This document shows positions 10,167-23,878 of a DNA stretch of 64,000 nucleotides, piece after piece. Origin of the DNA: Anolis carolinensis (taxonomy: Eukaryota). Numbering within the stretch: the first letter of the stretch is position 1; each line of letters opens with the position of its first letter. The translations under genes and the position numbers were made by a program. Under the pieces are notes generated by a model that did no database searches, had not been told where the DNA came from, and saw only the letters and a list, made by a program, of their open reading frames with translations. The DNA lies in the NCBI RefSeq assembly GCF_035594765.1, contig NC_085845.1:162580897-162644896 (forward strand), given 5' to 3'.

Positions 10167-12917
10167 GCCTTCCTTGACCAGATGACCAAACATGCAGAAA
10201 GAAGAGATATACTAGTAATGGGGGATTTCAACTATTTTGATATTTGTTGGAAAACAAACTTTGCCAAGAGTACAAAGTCCAACAAATTTCTCACTTGCCT
10301 TACAGACTATTTTATTGTCTAGAAGGTAGAAGAGGCAACAAGGGAATTAGCCATTCTGGATCTGATCCTAGCCAACAATGAGGACCTGGTCAATGAAGTG
10401 GAAGTGGTGGGATCCTTAGGTGGGAGTGACCATGTTCTCCTGGAGTTAGTGATACAAAGGAAGGGTGAGACTAAGAGAAATCAAACATGCATTCTAGACT
10501 TTAGGAGAGATGACTTCAGGCAATTTAAGGAAATACTGAGCATGATTCCATGGACAGGAATACTAAAAGAGAAAAGAGTTAATGATGAATGGGCATTTCT
10601 TAAAAGTGAGATACTGAAGGCACAATTGCAAACATTGCCAGGAAGGAGAAAAAATAGAAGTGTAAAACAACCAGAATGGATGTCCAAAGAACTTTTAACT
10701 GAACTAAGATTTAAAAGAGACATGGAAAGGGGGGGGGGGATCACCAAAGAGGAAATCAAACATGTAACCAGCATGTGAGGGAAAAGGCTAAGGCACATAA
10801 TGAGCTCAGGCTTGCCAGAGAGATTAAAAACTATTTTATTTTTTAAAAATAAAATAAAAGGGTTATTTCATTATGTCAGTAGAAAAAGGAAAAAAAAGGA
10901 AACAGTAAGGCCTCTATGTGAAGAAGCTGGTAAAATGCTAACGGGATAGAGCTGTTCAACACCTTCTTTGCCCCAGTCTTTTCCCAAAAGGAGGTTGGTG
11001 TTCAACCTGAGCAATATGGAGTGGATGAGGTAATAGGGGAAAGTAAAGATAAAGGTTTCCCCCTGACATTAAGTATAGTCATGTCTGACTCTGGGGATTG
11101 GTGCCCATCTCAATTTCTAAGCCAAAGAGTCGGCATTGTCCATAGACACCTCCAAGGTCATGTGGCCGGCATGACTGCATGGAGCGTCGTTACCTTCCCA
11201 CTGGAGCGGTACCTATTGATCTACTCACATTTGCATGTTGCTGGTTGGCAGAAGCTGGGGCTAACAGCAGCTCACCCTGCTCCCCGGATTCGAACTGCCG
11301 ACCTTTCAGTTAGCAAGTTCAGCAGCTCAGAGGTTTAACCCGCTGTGCCACCGGAGCTTCTTAATAGGTAAAGAAATAGTTCAGGAATACCTGGCTACTC
11401 TAAGCCAAGTCTCTCAGCCCAGAACTATATCCAAGATATTGAAAGAACTAACAGAAGTCATTTCAGAACCACTGGCATAATCTTTGAAAATTCTTGGGGA
11501 TAGCCTCAGCAGACTGGTGTCAGACAAATGTGGTCCCTATCTTCAAGAAGGGGGGAAAAAGAGAGGACCCAAAAAATTACCGTCCAGTCAGCCTGACTTC
11601 AATACAAGGAAAGATTCTGGATCAGATAATTAAGGAGACAGTCTGCAATTACTTAGAAAAGAATGCTGTGATTACTAAAAAGTCAACATGGATTTCTCAA
11701 AAAACAAGTCATGACAGTCTAATCTTATTTCTTTTTCGATAGAGCTTGGTAGATGCAGGGAATGCTGTGAATGTAGCATACCTTTATTTCAGCAAGGTCT
11801 TCAACAAAGTCCCCCATGACCTTCTTGCCAGCAAACTAGTCAAATGTGGGCTAGGCAATGTTACTATTAGGTGGATCTGTAATTGGTTAAGCAACCGAAC
11901 TCAAAGAGTGCTCACCAATAATTCCACTTCATCCTGAAAAAAGTGACTAGTGGAGTGTTGCAGGGTTCGATCCTGAGCCCAGTACTGTTCAATACCTTTA
12001 TTAATGACTTTAATGAAGGTTTAGAGGGAATGATTATCAAGTTTGCAGATGACATCAAATTAGGAGGGATAGCTAATACTCCAGAGGACAGGATTAGAAT
12101 TCAAATGACCTTAACAAATTAGAACGTTGGGCCAAAACTAACAATATGAATTTCTACAAGGACAAATGTAAAATACTACACTTAGGCAGAAAAAATGAAA
12201 TGCAAAGATACAAAATAGATGATGCCTGGATCTACAACAGTACACGTGGAAAAGATTTTGGAGTCTTTGTGGACAGCATGTTGAATATGAGCCAACAGTG
12301 TGATGCAGCAGTTTAAAAAGCCAATGGGATTTTGGGCTTCATCAAAATAATTATAGTGTCAAGGGAAGTCATGGTGCCTTTGCATTCTGCTTTGGTTAGA
12401 CCTCATCTGGAACACTATGCCCAATTCTGGGCACCACAGTTCAGAAAAGATATTGACAAGCTGGAAGGTGTCCAGAGGAGGAAGACCAAAAATGATCAAA
12501 GGTCTGGAGACCATGCCCTATGAGAAGCGTCTTAAAGAACTGGACATGTTTAGCCTGCAGAAGAGAAGGTTGAGAGGAAACATTATAGTCATGTATAATT
12601 ATGTGAAAGGATGTTGTAAAGAAGAGTGAGCAGGCTTGTTTTCTGCTGCCATTGAAACTAGGACTCGGAATAATGGGTTCAAATTACAGGAAAGGAGATT
12701 TCGTCTGAACATTAGAAAGAACTTCCTGCCTGTAAGAACTATTCAGCAGTGGAACTCTCTGCCTCGGAGTGTGGTGGAGGTTCCTTCCTTGAAAGCTTTT
12801 AAACAGAGGCTGGATGTCCATCTGTCAGGGGTATTTTGTGCTTTTCCTGCATGGCAGGGGATTGGACTAGATGGCCCATGTGGTCTCTTCCAAATCTATT
12901 ATTCTATGATTCTATGA
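10167..12917 (+). mobile_element. CR1 LINE, 5'-truncated and decayed ORF2 (EN plus RT)
   Basis: GDFN and GSDH endonuclease motifs, YRPVSLTS, QGS and KFADD (about 12040) RT motifs, many stops and frameshifts, and the diagnostic (ATTCTATG)n 3' end. Confidence 0.93.
11043..11360 (-). mobile_element. Sauria SINE inserted in the CR1
   Basis: tRNA-like head (GGTTCGAATCC B box) and ACCTTT tail on the minus strand. Confidence 0.9.
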
Positions 12918-13324
12918 ACATGCCAGTTCAGCTTTGTACTTCTAATTAAATTTCATGTTTGGGCCTTCCAACTTGTCTTCTCTGTACCTGTATGGGTACT
13001 TCTGTATACTGTAATGGTTGTAAACTCGAGGCTTTTCCACTCTTGCCCAAGGAAACCACCCATTTCTACTCTTGCTGCAATAGAATAAAGAAGGTCAACA
13101 GAAATGACTTTGCTTACTTAAGTATGAATCAATGCTGACAATAAATGTCACTGTAGTTTATTTTAGGACTTAGCTTATAATGAAATGGAAGCATATAATA
13201 ATGTACCTCTTAGTTAAATAGCCTATTTAATAATTAGAACTACTATAATGGTCTCTATCTTTTAAAAATAGTACTGGCTTTTCTAGTTTTTGTTTTTAAG
13301 GCAAAAAGAGTTTGGATGTCCATA

Positions 13325-13405
13325 TGTCAGGGGTACTTTGATTGTGCATGGCAGGGGGTTGGATTAGATAGCCCACGTGGTCTCTTCCAACTCTATTATT
13401 CTATG
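13325..13405 (+). mobile_element. CR1 3' tip
   Basis: Near copy of 12850-12910 (GCATGGCAGGGG...GGTCTCTTCCAACTCTATTATTCTATG). Confidence 0.75.
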
Positions 13406-15673
13406 TGAAACATCAACTTTGATATCAGTGTCTGTCGTAGATAATGTGATCATAAAATAGAGCACGACTCCTCAGCTCCTTGTTCTTTATAGCAACAGCA
13501 ATCCGGGCATTTATTGACTTGGCTGGGAAGAGAGGAAAATGGCAAAAATGAATGTTAAGATAATGTCTTTAGAAATGATTATCCTTTCTCACACTGCCAT
13601 CTTTTTTATTTTATACATCATGCAGATTGATACTGTTTTGTTGTTCTTTACCAGTAAAGTGCCATGTACAATAATGGTGATATAATAATAACAAACAATA
13701 AGCTGGTGTGTCAGCTATGTAACCCATGGAAGTACAAAACCCTAATGAGGTTCTGTGCCACCTGTGAGTGAGGCATGCCCAACCAGTTTCTTAAGAGGAC
13801 CCCAATCGCTCAGGCCCTGTATCCCCTTAACTGGATCTATTTCACACAACAAAGAATAATCACTCAAAACTGTACCATAATTATAACGTACTGCCAACAG
13901 AAATGTTGAGTGTGAAAGCAGGAGCTCTGGGTTATTTAAGTCCTCCCCATATGACTTCTCATCCTCCTAACATGGCTGGTAATTCAGGAAGACCACATGG
14001 CGAAGAGATTTGCAACACCTGGGGTCAGAGATTTAACTTTGTACCCTTGGACAAAAAGGGAATGGGCCAGCCTACATCTGGACTGGCATCCCTAATTGGA
14101 TCCTAATTGTGGTCTTTAGCCTAGATTTTAAATTTTGTCAATGATTCAATTTTATAATGGTTTTTATTAATAATTGGATAGATATTTGTTCACATCTTGG
14201 ACTGACAATATACTAATTATGAGAACAGCACAAACTCCCAAGGAGAAATAGAGCGGGATATAAATAAAGTTTTATTATTTATTTTTACTATTATTGGATA
14301 TATTTTGAACATTTCACACATGTTAATTGTAATTTACTAGAACCTTCTATGGGACTGAACTTGGAAAATTGTGCTGTGCACTCATTCCAGCTAAGAAGCA
14401 CTTGGGTCTACAGATGTTCAGAATGATACTATTGGACACAAAGAATGGGATCAAGGACAATCTTTCTGACCATTACATTTTAAGTCTCACAAGATTGTCA
14501 ATAAAATGGTAATTTTGGTTTTATCTTGTAAGCACCAGTAAAAAGGAATTAAAGCATTATTTTTTTGGGGGGGGAAACCCTTGACAGGTATGCTACTATA
14601 CAGCAAAACACAATGTGAGCATGTGATATGGAAGTTTAGAAAAATCTGTTTCTCATTGGCATTATCCAGAACCAAAAACTGTTCTGTTTTTATTTAGTTG
14701 GCAGATCAAACGGAGAGTTTAACAAAGCAAAGATGCTTCTAAGTTTGATAATATTCAAAATGGCTTTTTGGTTTTCCAAATGTTTGTTTTTGGCAGTGCT
14801 TGAAAATGATCAGAAATTTGATAACATAAATGAGGAAAACAGCAGATGTAGTGTTTCTCCTGTATTTATGTGTTTTCCTGCTATTTTTAGAAGCTATTTT
14901 CCTCTCAAATAAATTCACAATAGTAATGATGTTTTATTTTTGAAAAGAATAAAAGGTTGGGTGGAAGGGATTATTTGATGGAATAATGTTCCTATGATGG
15001 TCCAGGAACATCACAACAAAGTAACTGGGGTAGAGTGACTGATTTCTGTCTATTATGATGTAGTTTGTGACATACATGATTGGAAAGAAGAAGACACAAT
15101 TTCTACGATTTTGATTACAAACTTCTGGTGCCTTTGTAACCTATGCTGCTATTAAAACAATTAAGAGTTGGGAATAGTATATAGCCCTCCTTGAGAATGC
15201 AAGAGTCTTGGAGTTCTCACATTCATAGGGTCACAATAAGTCAAATCTGTGAAGATGTTAGACAATAATAACAACAACAAATACAACCAACAGAGAAAAT
15301 ATCAATTATTCCCTCCACTTCTTTCTTCAGTCAGGGTATTGTTATATAATGTATGCAAAAGGATCATGTAGCAACTTAGAGACTAAACAAGAGAACAAAA
15401 TTAGTAGCAGAAGCTTTTGTAGACTAAGGATGCATCTACACTGTAGATTTAATAATACTAATACTAATAATAGCAACTTTATTTTTGTACCCTGTCTCCA
15501 TCTCCCTGAAGGGACTAGGGGTGGCTAACATGGGGCCAAGCCCAAGCAATTACAATAAAACAAAATAAAATACATACATGACATGTATCATCAGCAGGTA
15601 AAAATGCAACAAGTAAAACCCAATATACACATGATAAAACAGTAAAATAGTAACAATAACATAATAAAACATA

Positions 15674-15994
15674 GAGTAGAGTCTTACTTATCCAACATAA
15701 ACGGGCCGGCAGAACATTGGATAAGCGAATATGTTGGATAATAAGGAGAGATTAAGAAAAAGCCTATTAAACATCAAAATAGGTTATGATTTTACAAATT
15801 AAGCATCAAAACATCATGTTATACAACAAATTTGACAGAAAAAGTAGTTCATTACACATTAATGCTATGTAGTAATTACTGTATTTACGAATTTAGCACC
15901 AAAATATCACAATGCATTGAAAACATTGACTACAAAAATGAGTGGGATAATCCAGAATATTGGATAAGTGAATGTTTGATAAGTGAGACTACTG
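15674..15994 (+). mobile_element. Tc1/mariner-type MITE (CAGTAGAGTCTCACTTATCCAAC TIR family), TA TSD
   Basis: TIRs and TA flanks; closely similar copies at 24809, 29245 and 51208. Confidence 0.88.
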
Positions 15995-18375
15995 TAGTAT
16001 AAAAACAAAACAGGAGTTAAACGAAAGTGAACTGGGCCAAGGTGCAAGGAGTGAAATTATAAATGCAAAGGGTGAGGTAGATAGATAAAGTGCTGCATTT
16101 AGTGAAGGACTTGGGGTGGGATAATGGAATGAATGAAATTTGACATGACATACTATAGCCCGATGCACTTGAATTGTGAGAATTGTAGTTTGGTGAGACA
16201 CCAAATTTAGTTGACAAAGAAGGCTAAAGATCTTGTGAAATGAGGAAATATTATCAGGAAATAATACTTCTGCACAAAAAATTCTGTCTCCTTTGAAGAA
16301 ACTGCTAGTTTCTATGCAAAACAATCAAATGCAAAATTTTGCACCAAATGGGTTCCAAATGATGAAGATTTTCATCAAGAATCTTCTCATCAGAGTTTTT
16401 AAGCATTTGAAAAATATAAATTTAGCCATCTTTTGAATATTGTCCACCCCTTCAACAAATCTATCAGCGGGGACTGAAAGGCTGGTTGTGATCAAAAAGT
16501 TGTTCTTAATTTGATACATTTGACTGCTTCCTCTAAAGTCAGAAGTTGCATATTGTTTGAAGGTTAGCAAGGTATTATTCATTCGTACCAGAAAATAAAC
16601 TATTTTTTAAAATAGGAAAGCAGTATTGTTGAAAACCATTTTTTAGATTTGTTCATGATTAAGTATATCGTAAATATTTTTATTATCTGCCTGAATATTT
16701 AGTGAATTGATTTCCCTCAAATATCACAGCATCAGACTTGTTAGGGCTGCTCCTGAAGGAAAAAATGAAGCCAGCTGTGATCAAAATCTTCCCTTAATTA
16801 TTGTTGCAGACATTATAGTTTAGGAATAAAGAAGACACCAGAACTAGGTAAGGAAGAATAGCCCTATAGTGACCTTTATGCTAACTTCATGAATTACTTT
16901 TATCCCAAAGACATGTGCTAAGGATGTTAAATTATCTGCTTGGAAGCATATAGTATGACCCGTATTAACCATGAGAAATATGTTCCTAAATTTACAGTGG
17001 GAACAAGAAACCAGGAATAATAGTGAGTCTTATTGAAATTTTTTCTTAATGAGATATTGAACACTTTCTTTAAGAATCCTACTATTATGTTTACTCTGGC
17101 TAAAGGAATTGACTTTTAACATGTTTTCCTGTGTGGTTTCTATTAAGTACCTGCTGGCTTACCTTGGCAAAGTCCCCAAACAACTGAGGTCCCCAGCCCT
17201 CAGAAAATGGCAAGTTAAAAATGCAATTTGTCCAGGAAAAACACACTTGTTTACCTGGCACTACATAAATGAGCTATATGCTAAATACAGAAATTAGTCT
17301 TTGTAGGTCTGGCAGCTATATAAATTTGCTTTCCTTTTTTGGCAATCAGAATTTTCCCATTACTTTCTGACAAACTAAGTCCAAACTATAATTTACTTTA
17401 CCTTGTGGCATCCCACACCTTGTGGCATCCCACACTTTGTATTAAGAAGGATCCTTAACTTGGAAGAAGTAGAACTGTTAGTACAGAGCACATTATCTTG
17501 TAAACTATGCACATTTGTTGCTTCCCACCTCTTATGGATGACTGTAGGATCAATATGTATTACCTCCCTAATAGTTGGCATTATATAACTCCATCCCCCT
17601 TTAACAAGGGTACCTTGCTGAAGGTACCCTTTGACATAAACTGCAAAGGGCTTCTGGGGTGGCATCCCTGACTGGATAGATACCAGTTCACAGGTTGGAT
17701 TGGCATTATAAAAATGACAAAGACAGGTTAAACTATGGGCAGCTGCAGCTATTTCCAAGTTCTCATTACAACAAACACTTTGGTCAACTTTTAATATGGC
17801 AGAAACATATTTGCTAGTTTTCCATGCCTTGTCTCTATGAAATGGCATTATGTGCCAAGTTATCCCACCTGCAGTCGGCAAGTGAAACCTAAATTGTGTG
17901 GGAGGATATTTTATTCCTCCTGTGGAGAAGAAGCCAACCGCTGGTTGAGGCCAGCTGAATTCACTGGCCCCAGTATCATAGCGAGGGGTGGAGTAGGAAC
18001 TTTAAATGTGATCATTTTCTTTTCTTTGAAATTGTGCAAGAGTAAATAATAGTAGAAGGGGTATACATAAAAGGCATGTCAAAGAAGAGAAAAATGTTTT
18101 CAGCTGTGATGGTTGACAATATTGATTCTAGCAGAAAGCTACAATTACAGATGGGCAGAAGCTTGAAATTGCTCTGTGCCAAACTTTGTGAAATCTGCAT
18201 ATGGAAATAATGTGAAGTGATCCCACATTCATGCATGGTAGTTGTGAAGCAACAAACAGTCATAGCTTCTATCAATGTGCTCTGATCATTAATAATTATT
18301 TTAAGGCAAGCTATTTCAGAATTCTGTAACAATTCTAATTTTATAAAACAAAATGTCAAATCAGTGATATGTGCT

Positions 18376-18621
18376 GGAGCCCCTGGTGGCACAATGGGTT
18401 AAACCCTTGTGCCAGAAGGACTGCTGACCAAAAGGTCGGTGGTTCAAATCCGGAGAGCAGGATGAGCTCTAGCTCCCAATGCGGGGACATGAGAGAAGCC
18501 TCCCACAGGATGGTAAAACATCAAACATCTGGGAGTCCCCTGGGCAACATGCTTGCAGATGGCCAATTCTTTCACATCAGAAGCAATTTGCAGTTTCTCA
18601 AGTTGCTCCTGACACAAAAAA
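18376..18621 (+). mobile_element. tRNA-head SINE, second family (A-tail, ...GCTCCTGACACAAAAA)
   Basis: Sauria-like head with a different body; TSD ATATGTGCT/ATATGTACT; a relative lies at 32809. Confidence 0.8.
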
Positions 18622-20369
18622 GTTATATGTACTATGCAAATAACTGCACATGTCCATAATACATCCTGAAAAAACTGACCAACTCTGATGTAGCCAAGTT
18701 TAAAACATTGATAACCTCCTCCCCCCTCCCCCGGCCATGTCAAGAATACAGTTAAAACCAAGATGACCTATCATTATCTATTTTATGATTAGCATTTGGC
18801 TTGAAAAAGAACTACCATAATCTACTAAGGCTTCAGTGAAGAAATCCACATTAAAGAGTTACTAAAAAGTACATGTGTGCTTTGTGGATTGTCAGGCAGA
18901 AGTATAGTACAGGATAATGCAATGGAGACAATTGAATTCCCATTATGAAATTAAAGACACCAAAGGAAATTGGCTCTAAAGGGCTATTTCTTGATCTATT
19001 TATTTATTTTCTAGAACTTCTGCCAAAACTTGTGAACAGAAACATTGTTAAGGGGAATTAATCTGTAAGGAAATAATTCTTGAGTTATAAGCCACCTAGT
19101 GAGAACAGTCCCTGGGTCAGGTGCCACTCCCTCTGCCCACCTCCGAGGACAGGATTTATTGTGAAGCACAATAAATCCTGAGGAACATCCAAAATTATCT
19201 GGCCGCATACCTTAACTAATTTTAAGTGGAAGGCCATGCTGAAGGCGCTCCCTTCCAAATCTCAGTTTTTTAAGAGAGATAACCCTCATTCCAGCCCCAA
19301 GAGTAGCCCTGTTTTACAGTCCACCAATCTACAGAAACTCACGGAGACTATTATGGAAGTCCACACTTCATCCCTGAAAGTGGGGGTGCCACAGTGCCTA
19401 TTTAACCTTTACCATATTATGACAACCTATTTAAATGATTCCACCCGAAGCGAATTACCACACCCAGCTGAAGCAGTGTGGGGTGGGAGAACCCCCCCCA
19501 AAAAAAAATCACTGGGGGAGAGGAATTCCTATCCAGACCATATGCAATCAGTTTATACTCACACTGTTCTTAGGGTGGGAGGTTAGCACGTGCAAGGAAC
19601 AAAGGGGCAACTTGATCTTAAATAGGGTATCCTTTAATCAGAATGACTGGTCTAGAGTTTTCATTCATTTAAATAATTTAAAAAATCAGGATCTAAGTGA
19701 TCTTTACATTTTCCAATATGGAGTCCCAATTGTATTACAAAGCTTATATGTAGAAAAAAAAATGGTGATTCCTATATCTTCACCAATGAATCATTTTTCC
19801 TTTGACAACGCCCTTGAGGTGCCTCTTTCTTAATGATATAGCATTTGTCTAAAGACTTTTTCTATGAAAATAATTGAAGGTGTTGATTGGGTGGCCAAAC
19901 AGGACTGTGTTTGTGTGTGGTCCATGGCAATTGTTATAGATAATTGAATCTGGGATCTATGAAAGTAGCTCAACGTTGGGTTGGGTCAAAGGTAAGAATG
20001 CCTCATGCCTTCCATCTCATTGCTATAAAATATAAAAATATTTTCACACAAAATGTTAACCTTTTGACTTAAGAAAGTTTTGTGAGAATGTTTGTCATTT
20101 GGATGTTTGAAAACAAAAAAGATTTTGTGTGCACTTTATCCCCCTAAAACAGAATGAAAGTCTTGCAAATGTCTGGCTTTTGCCAACCTGTTTTGAATTT
20201 TAGGAGATGCCACATCATTTTTTAAGGAAACTGCAAATCCAAATATGTCCAAGCTACAACATGATGGTTAACAATATAAGAAATTCAGCAGAATTATATT
20301 ATGAGGACATTAGGTCTTCCAGAGGATGCTTACTCTAGTCAATCAGAACCTGACTCACAACCTTCACCC

Positions 20370-20645
20370 AGAGGACCTTTTCATTGGCTCCCCCATGACT
20401 ATGACATGACCTGCCAGAAGAAATCCAACAGATAACAATCTTTCCGAACTGGAAATGCAATTGAAGACCCATCTTTTCCTACAGGCCTATAAACTCAACT
20501 TTCATCATGAGTTTTGATTTACATTCTATTGCTACTATATGCCAATTCTGTATCTGTGTTTGGTGCAAGTTTTTTTAATATAATTGTGTTTTTATCTATA
20601 TTGTATATATTTTATGTTCATATGTTTTTGAATTTGTTGTAAGCT
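20370..20645 (+). mobile_element. L2-like LINE 3' fragment
   Basis: TGAAGACCCATCTTTTCC...CAGGCCT ORF-end motif followed by a T-rich tail ending TTGTAAGC. Confidence 0.5.
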
Positions 20646-21290
20646 ATCAGGAGAGCTGAGTTAAGGGCCTTTCAGGCCCCAACGGAGCTGGGGGGGATTT
20701 GCCACCTCCCCGTGGAAGAGGCTGACTGAAAGTAGACCCTGAAGGACTACTTTCGGGGGCGGGGTGGAGCTAAGGCGGGCAATCCACCTGCTTCTTCACT
20801 TTGGGGGCAACCGGCGACCCACCCTCTCGTCCCTTAACAGTATAAGAGCAGTGGGTAGGAATCTCCCCTCAATTTCTGGGGGGGGGGGTGCCTACCCTAT
20901 ACTGTTCTAGCAGGACAAATTGGAAGAAGGGCCGATTAAATAGGCAAATCCGGAAAGCAACAGGGGAGTTGAATTAGGTGCACAACCAAGGCGCCCATTT
21001 CAGAGCAGGCCAGGAGCTGCAACCCTCCTCCATTTGGTAAAATGAAGGGGGGCAGAGGATGTGCAACGGGGCCTAGAAAAATGGAGAAATATGACTTCAA
21101 TAATCCAGGGAACAGAAATGCTTGCATCATGCCCATTGTCAAGTTCAATGTTAAGTTCAGGGATAAGTTGATTAAGTGCTATATGCCTGCCTGGGGGAGG
21201 TAGAATTTTAATTAGGTAACATTGATAAAAGTTGCCCTTAGTTATCCCATATACGTTGTTGTCTCTTCATTTGCGGGGGTTGCGTGGCAA
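20646..21290 (+). mobile_element. GC-rich LTR-like solo repeat (possibly DIRS/Ngaro-type)
   Basis: Sharp compositional boundaries, GC boxes, TATAAG (about 20841) and a GT-rich end; no TG...CA ends. Confidence 0.35.
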
Positions 21291-23348
21291 TAAATAAATG
21301 CATTGTTATTGCTGTTAAACTTTTGTAGACAAGACATCATTTCTCAGATGCAAGAATTAGAGGAATAATGATGGAAATATATATAAATATGGGAAGAAGT
21401 AAGCCAATTTTTTCACGACTGCCTTTCAAGCTACGTAGACATTTGAGGATTATATATACCAATAAATTTGAATGGCATGATATAAATGTGATCATCACTA
21501 GCTACATGCCTCCCTCTCTCCCTACTTTTACACAGCAATGAGGGGGTTCCAAGCCACTTTGTTTAAAGGGTGAAATATGATAATAGTTTTTTAGGTTACA
21601 CAGTCTCTTTACACATATAAGAACAGTCACATTCTTATTTTTAGAAGTAACCTAAATCAGATCCCAACAATTAAATGCCATGTAGTTTTTTTTATGTCAA
21701 TTACTGCAAACCTAGTGCATAGCTTTACATTATGAAATTTGTGCTTCAGCTCAAGAATAGAAATTTATATAAACTGAGCCTTGAATTGTACTCCTTTCTA
21801 ATCTATCTCTCCTGCTGGTCCTAACCATCTCGTCCTTGTTCTTATGTTTATTTTCTTTTAATATTTCCCTTTTCCTGTTGTTTCTGCTTGGAAACAGCCA
21901 CATAAATTATATATTTGAATGACATCTTTCTTTCCTTAGGTCTCTCAGAACAATAAGGTCCCTTGGGATAAAATCTTGCAAAAAGTTTCAAGTTGCTTAA
22001 ATTTGGAAGCAAAAAGACAAATTAAAGCCAGTGTTTCACTTCATCTGCAAATTTCTGCAGAAAAGTAAACTTCTAGCACTTCCCACTCTATTATTATACT
22101 TAGCTATTAGAATAGGATTGTTAAAGTAAATTCAGATTTCTATTTCAATCTGTTAGCTCTTTCTTTCTCTCTCTCTGTAAAAGATTCACAGTGATACTAA
22201 AGAGAAATGACAAGGGGAGGTGTCAGAAGATGAATTTGTCTTCTAACATTTTAAAACTTGCACACAAGCTGTAAACACTTTTTAGCATCTGGCTTAAGGC
22301 ATTAGCATACGGTATATCTAGTAAGGAAAGACATACAATAAAGAGCATTCACAGAAAATCCTGGCATGTATATAATGTTACATTTATTTAATTTGTATTT
22401 GTTTGCTAGACAACATTCAGTGTGGAGAAAAGACCTCCTATTGGAACTTACTTTCATACCCACCTTGTGTAATATAACCAACTCCTTTGTAAACTAAATC
22501 ATGTGAAAAATATGTACATTGCCAAAACAAAAGTAGTTTTTCTTACTCCTTTTCAAAGATCTACTCCTTCCACAGCTTTAGTGCCTTTCCCATAAACATT
22601 TTACAAAGATAATTAGAAATCAAAGATGTTACCAAAGTCTTTCATTACCTGGTTCAAAATATAATTCTTACCTAGAACATAATGTTCAGATGGAGTTTCA
22701 TCACCCTGAGAGGATTTGTCCAGGTTTGGAATACAAAACAGGATTCTGTATATGCATGGCCAATGAGTTGATCTATATTGTTAGTTGAGGTCCTGGATTC
22801 TACTTGCCTCTCAAATAGTCTTTGATACACAACAGCTCACCCCAACTAAGGTAGGGTATTTTTTTGTTTTTGTTTGTTTGTTTGTTTTTGAGATATTGCC
22901 ATAGAACGCAACATGGTGAACTCCAAAGACTTGAGATTAAAGAAGCTATATAATTCCTGACTCTGGTCTTGTCTGCACTACCTAAAAACCTGGATTTACT
23001 TTGTATCCACCACGGTTTGTCTCTATGACACACAGGAACATCAAGTGAATATCCCAGGTTTTCCAGCTTTCATTCCATTTTGGCCCACTTTATGCAAGAT
23101 TCAGAAATATACCAGAATTTATAGGAAAGTCCAGAGAATCCTGGGACTTAGCAGAAGTCTGGAAGACTTGATCGGATCTGTTTTGAACCAATCCTCTGTT
23201 CAGATAGACAGTGCTGACATCGCACTTGCTCTGCACTAATCAATGTGTATTTTATGGAGTGTTTTAAAATGATTATGTGTTTGTTTATGTTTTAGTAATA
23301 CTGTAACCCACCTCGAGCCATGAGGAAAGGTGGGCAAGAAATAAAACT

Positions 23349-23648
23349 ATTATTATTGACACAACGACATCGTCTGACACAGCAAAGAAGATAGATATGC
23401 TGGATTTCGTATCACAAAATCAAGTCAAACACTTCCCAAGCATTCAGGACTCTGTGATGCATTTTTGGATGATGCATGCAGATCCCAGTAGGGTGGCCTT
23501 TTGCAGTTGGCAGATTCTAATTTTGTTAATGTCTATTGTTTCCAAATGCCGGCTGAGATCTTTTGGCACAGCACCCAATGTGCCGATCACCTGTACTGGT
23601 TTCTGCCAGAGTCTTTGAAGTTCAATCTTGAGGTCCTGATAGCAGCTG

Positions 23649-23650
<2 letters not shown>
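23349..23650 (-). mobile_element. R4/Dong-clade non-LTR retrotransposon 3' end in a (TAA)n microsatellite
   Basis: YQDLKIELQRLWQKPVQVIGTLGAVPKDL...LQKATLLGSA matches the C-terminus of a restriction-like endonuclease LINE; (TAA)n on both sides. Confidence 0.8.

Positions 23651-23708
<58 letters not shown>
23651..23708 (+). repeat. (TAT)n microsatellite
   Basis: Seen directly. Confidence 0.95.
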
Positions 23709-23878
23709 GTGTCACTACTACCACTCCCCACATCCAAAGAGCTCAAAGAGCCCCTCCTTCTTGCAGGTCATTCAAGGCCCCCAATCAGATATCAGGAGAT
23801 GCAATTGCAATGACCAGGTGCTTGCACAGAATTCTATGGCTGGTGGGGAGTAGCAGTAGGGGTAACACAGATTAAAAG

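Noticed and set aside
20725-20760. Possible hammerhead at CTGAAGGA with a nearby GAAA
   Set aside because: Does not fit CUGANGA spacing or stem topology; just a short hairpin.
23444-23875. Poly-Ile and poly-Tyr ORFs
   Set aside because: Translation of the (TAT)n microsatellite; only the R4/Dong part is meaningful.
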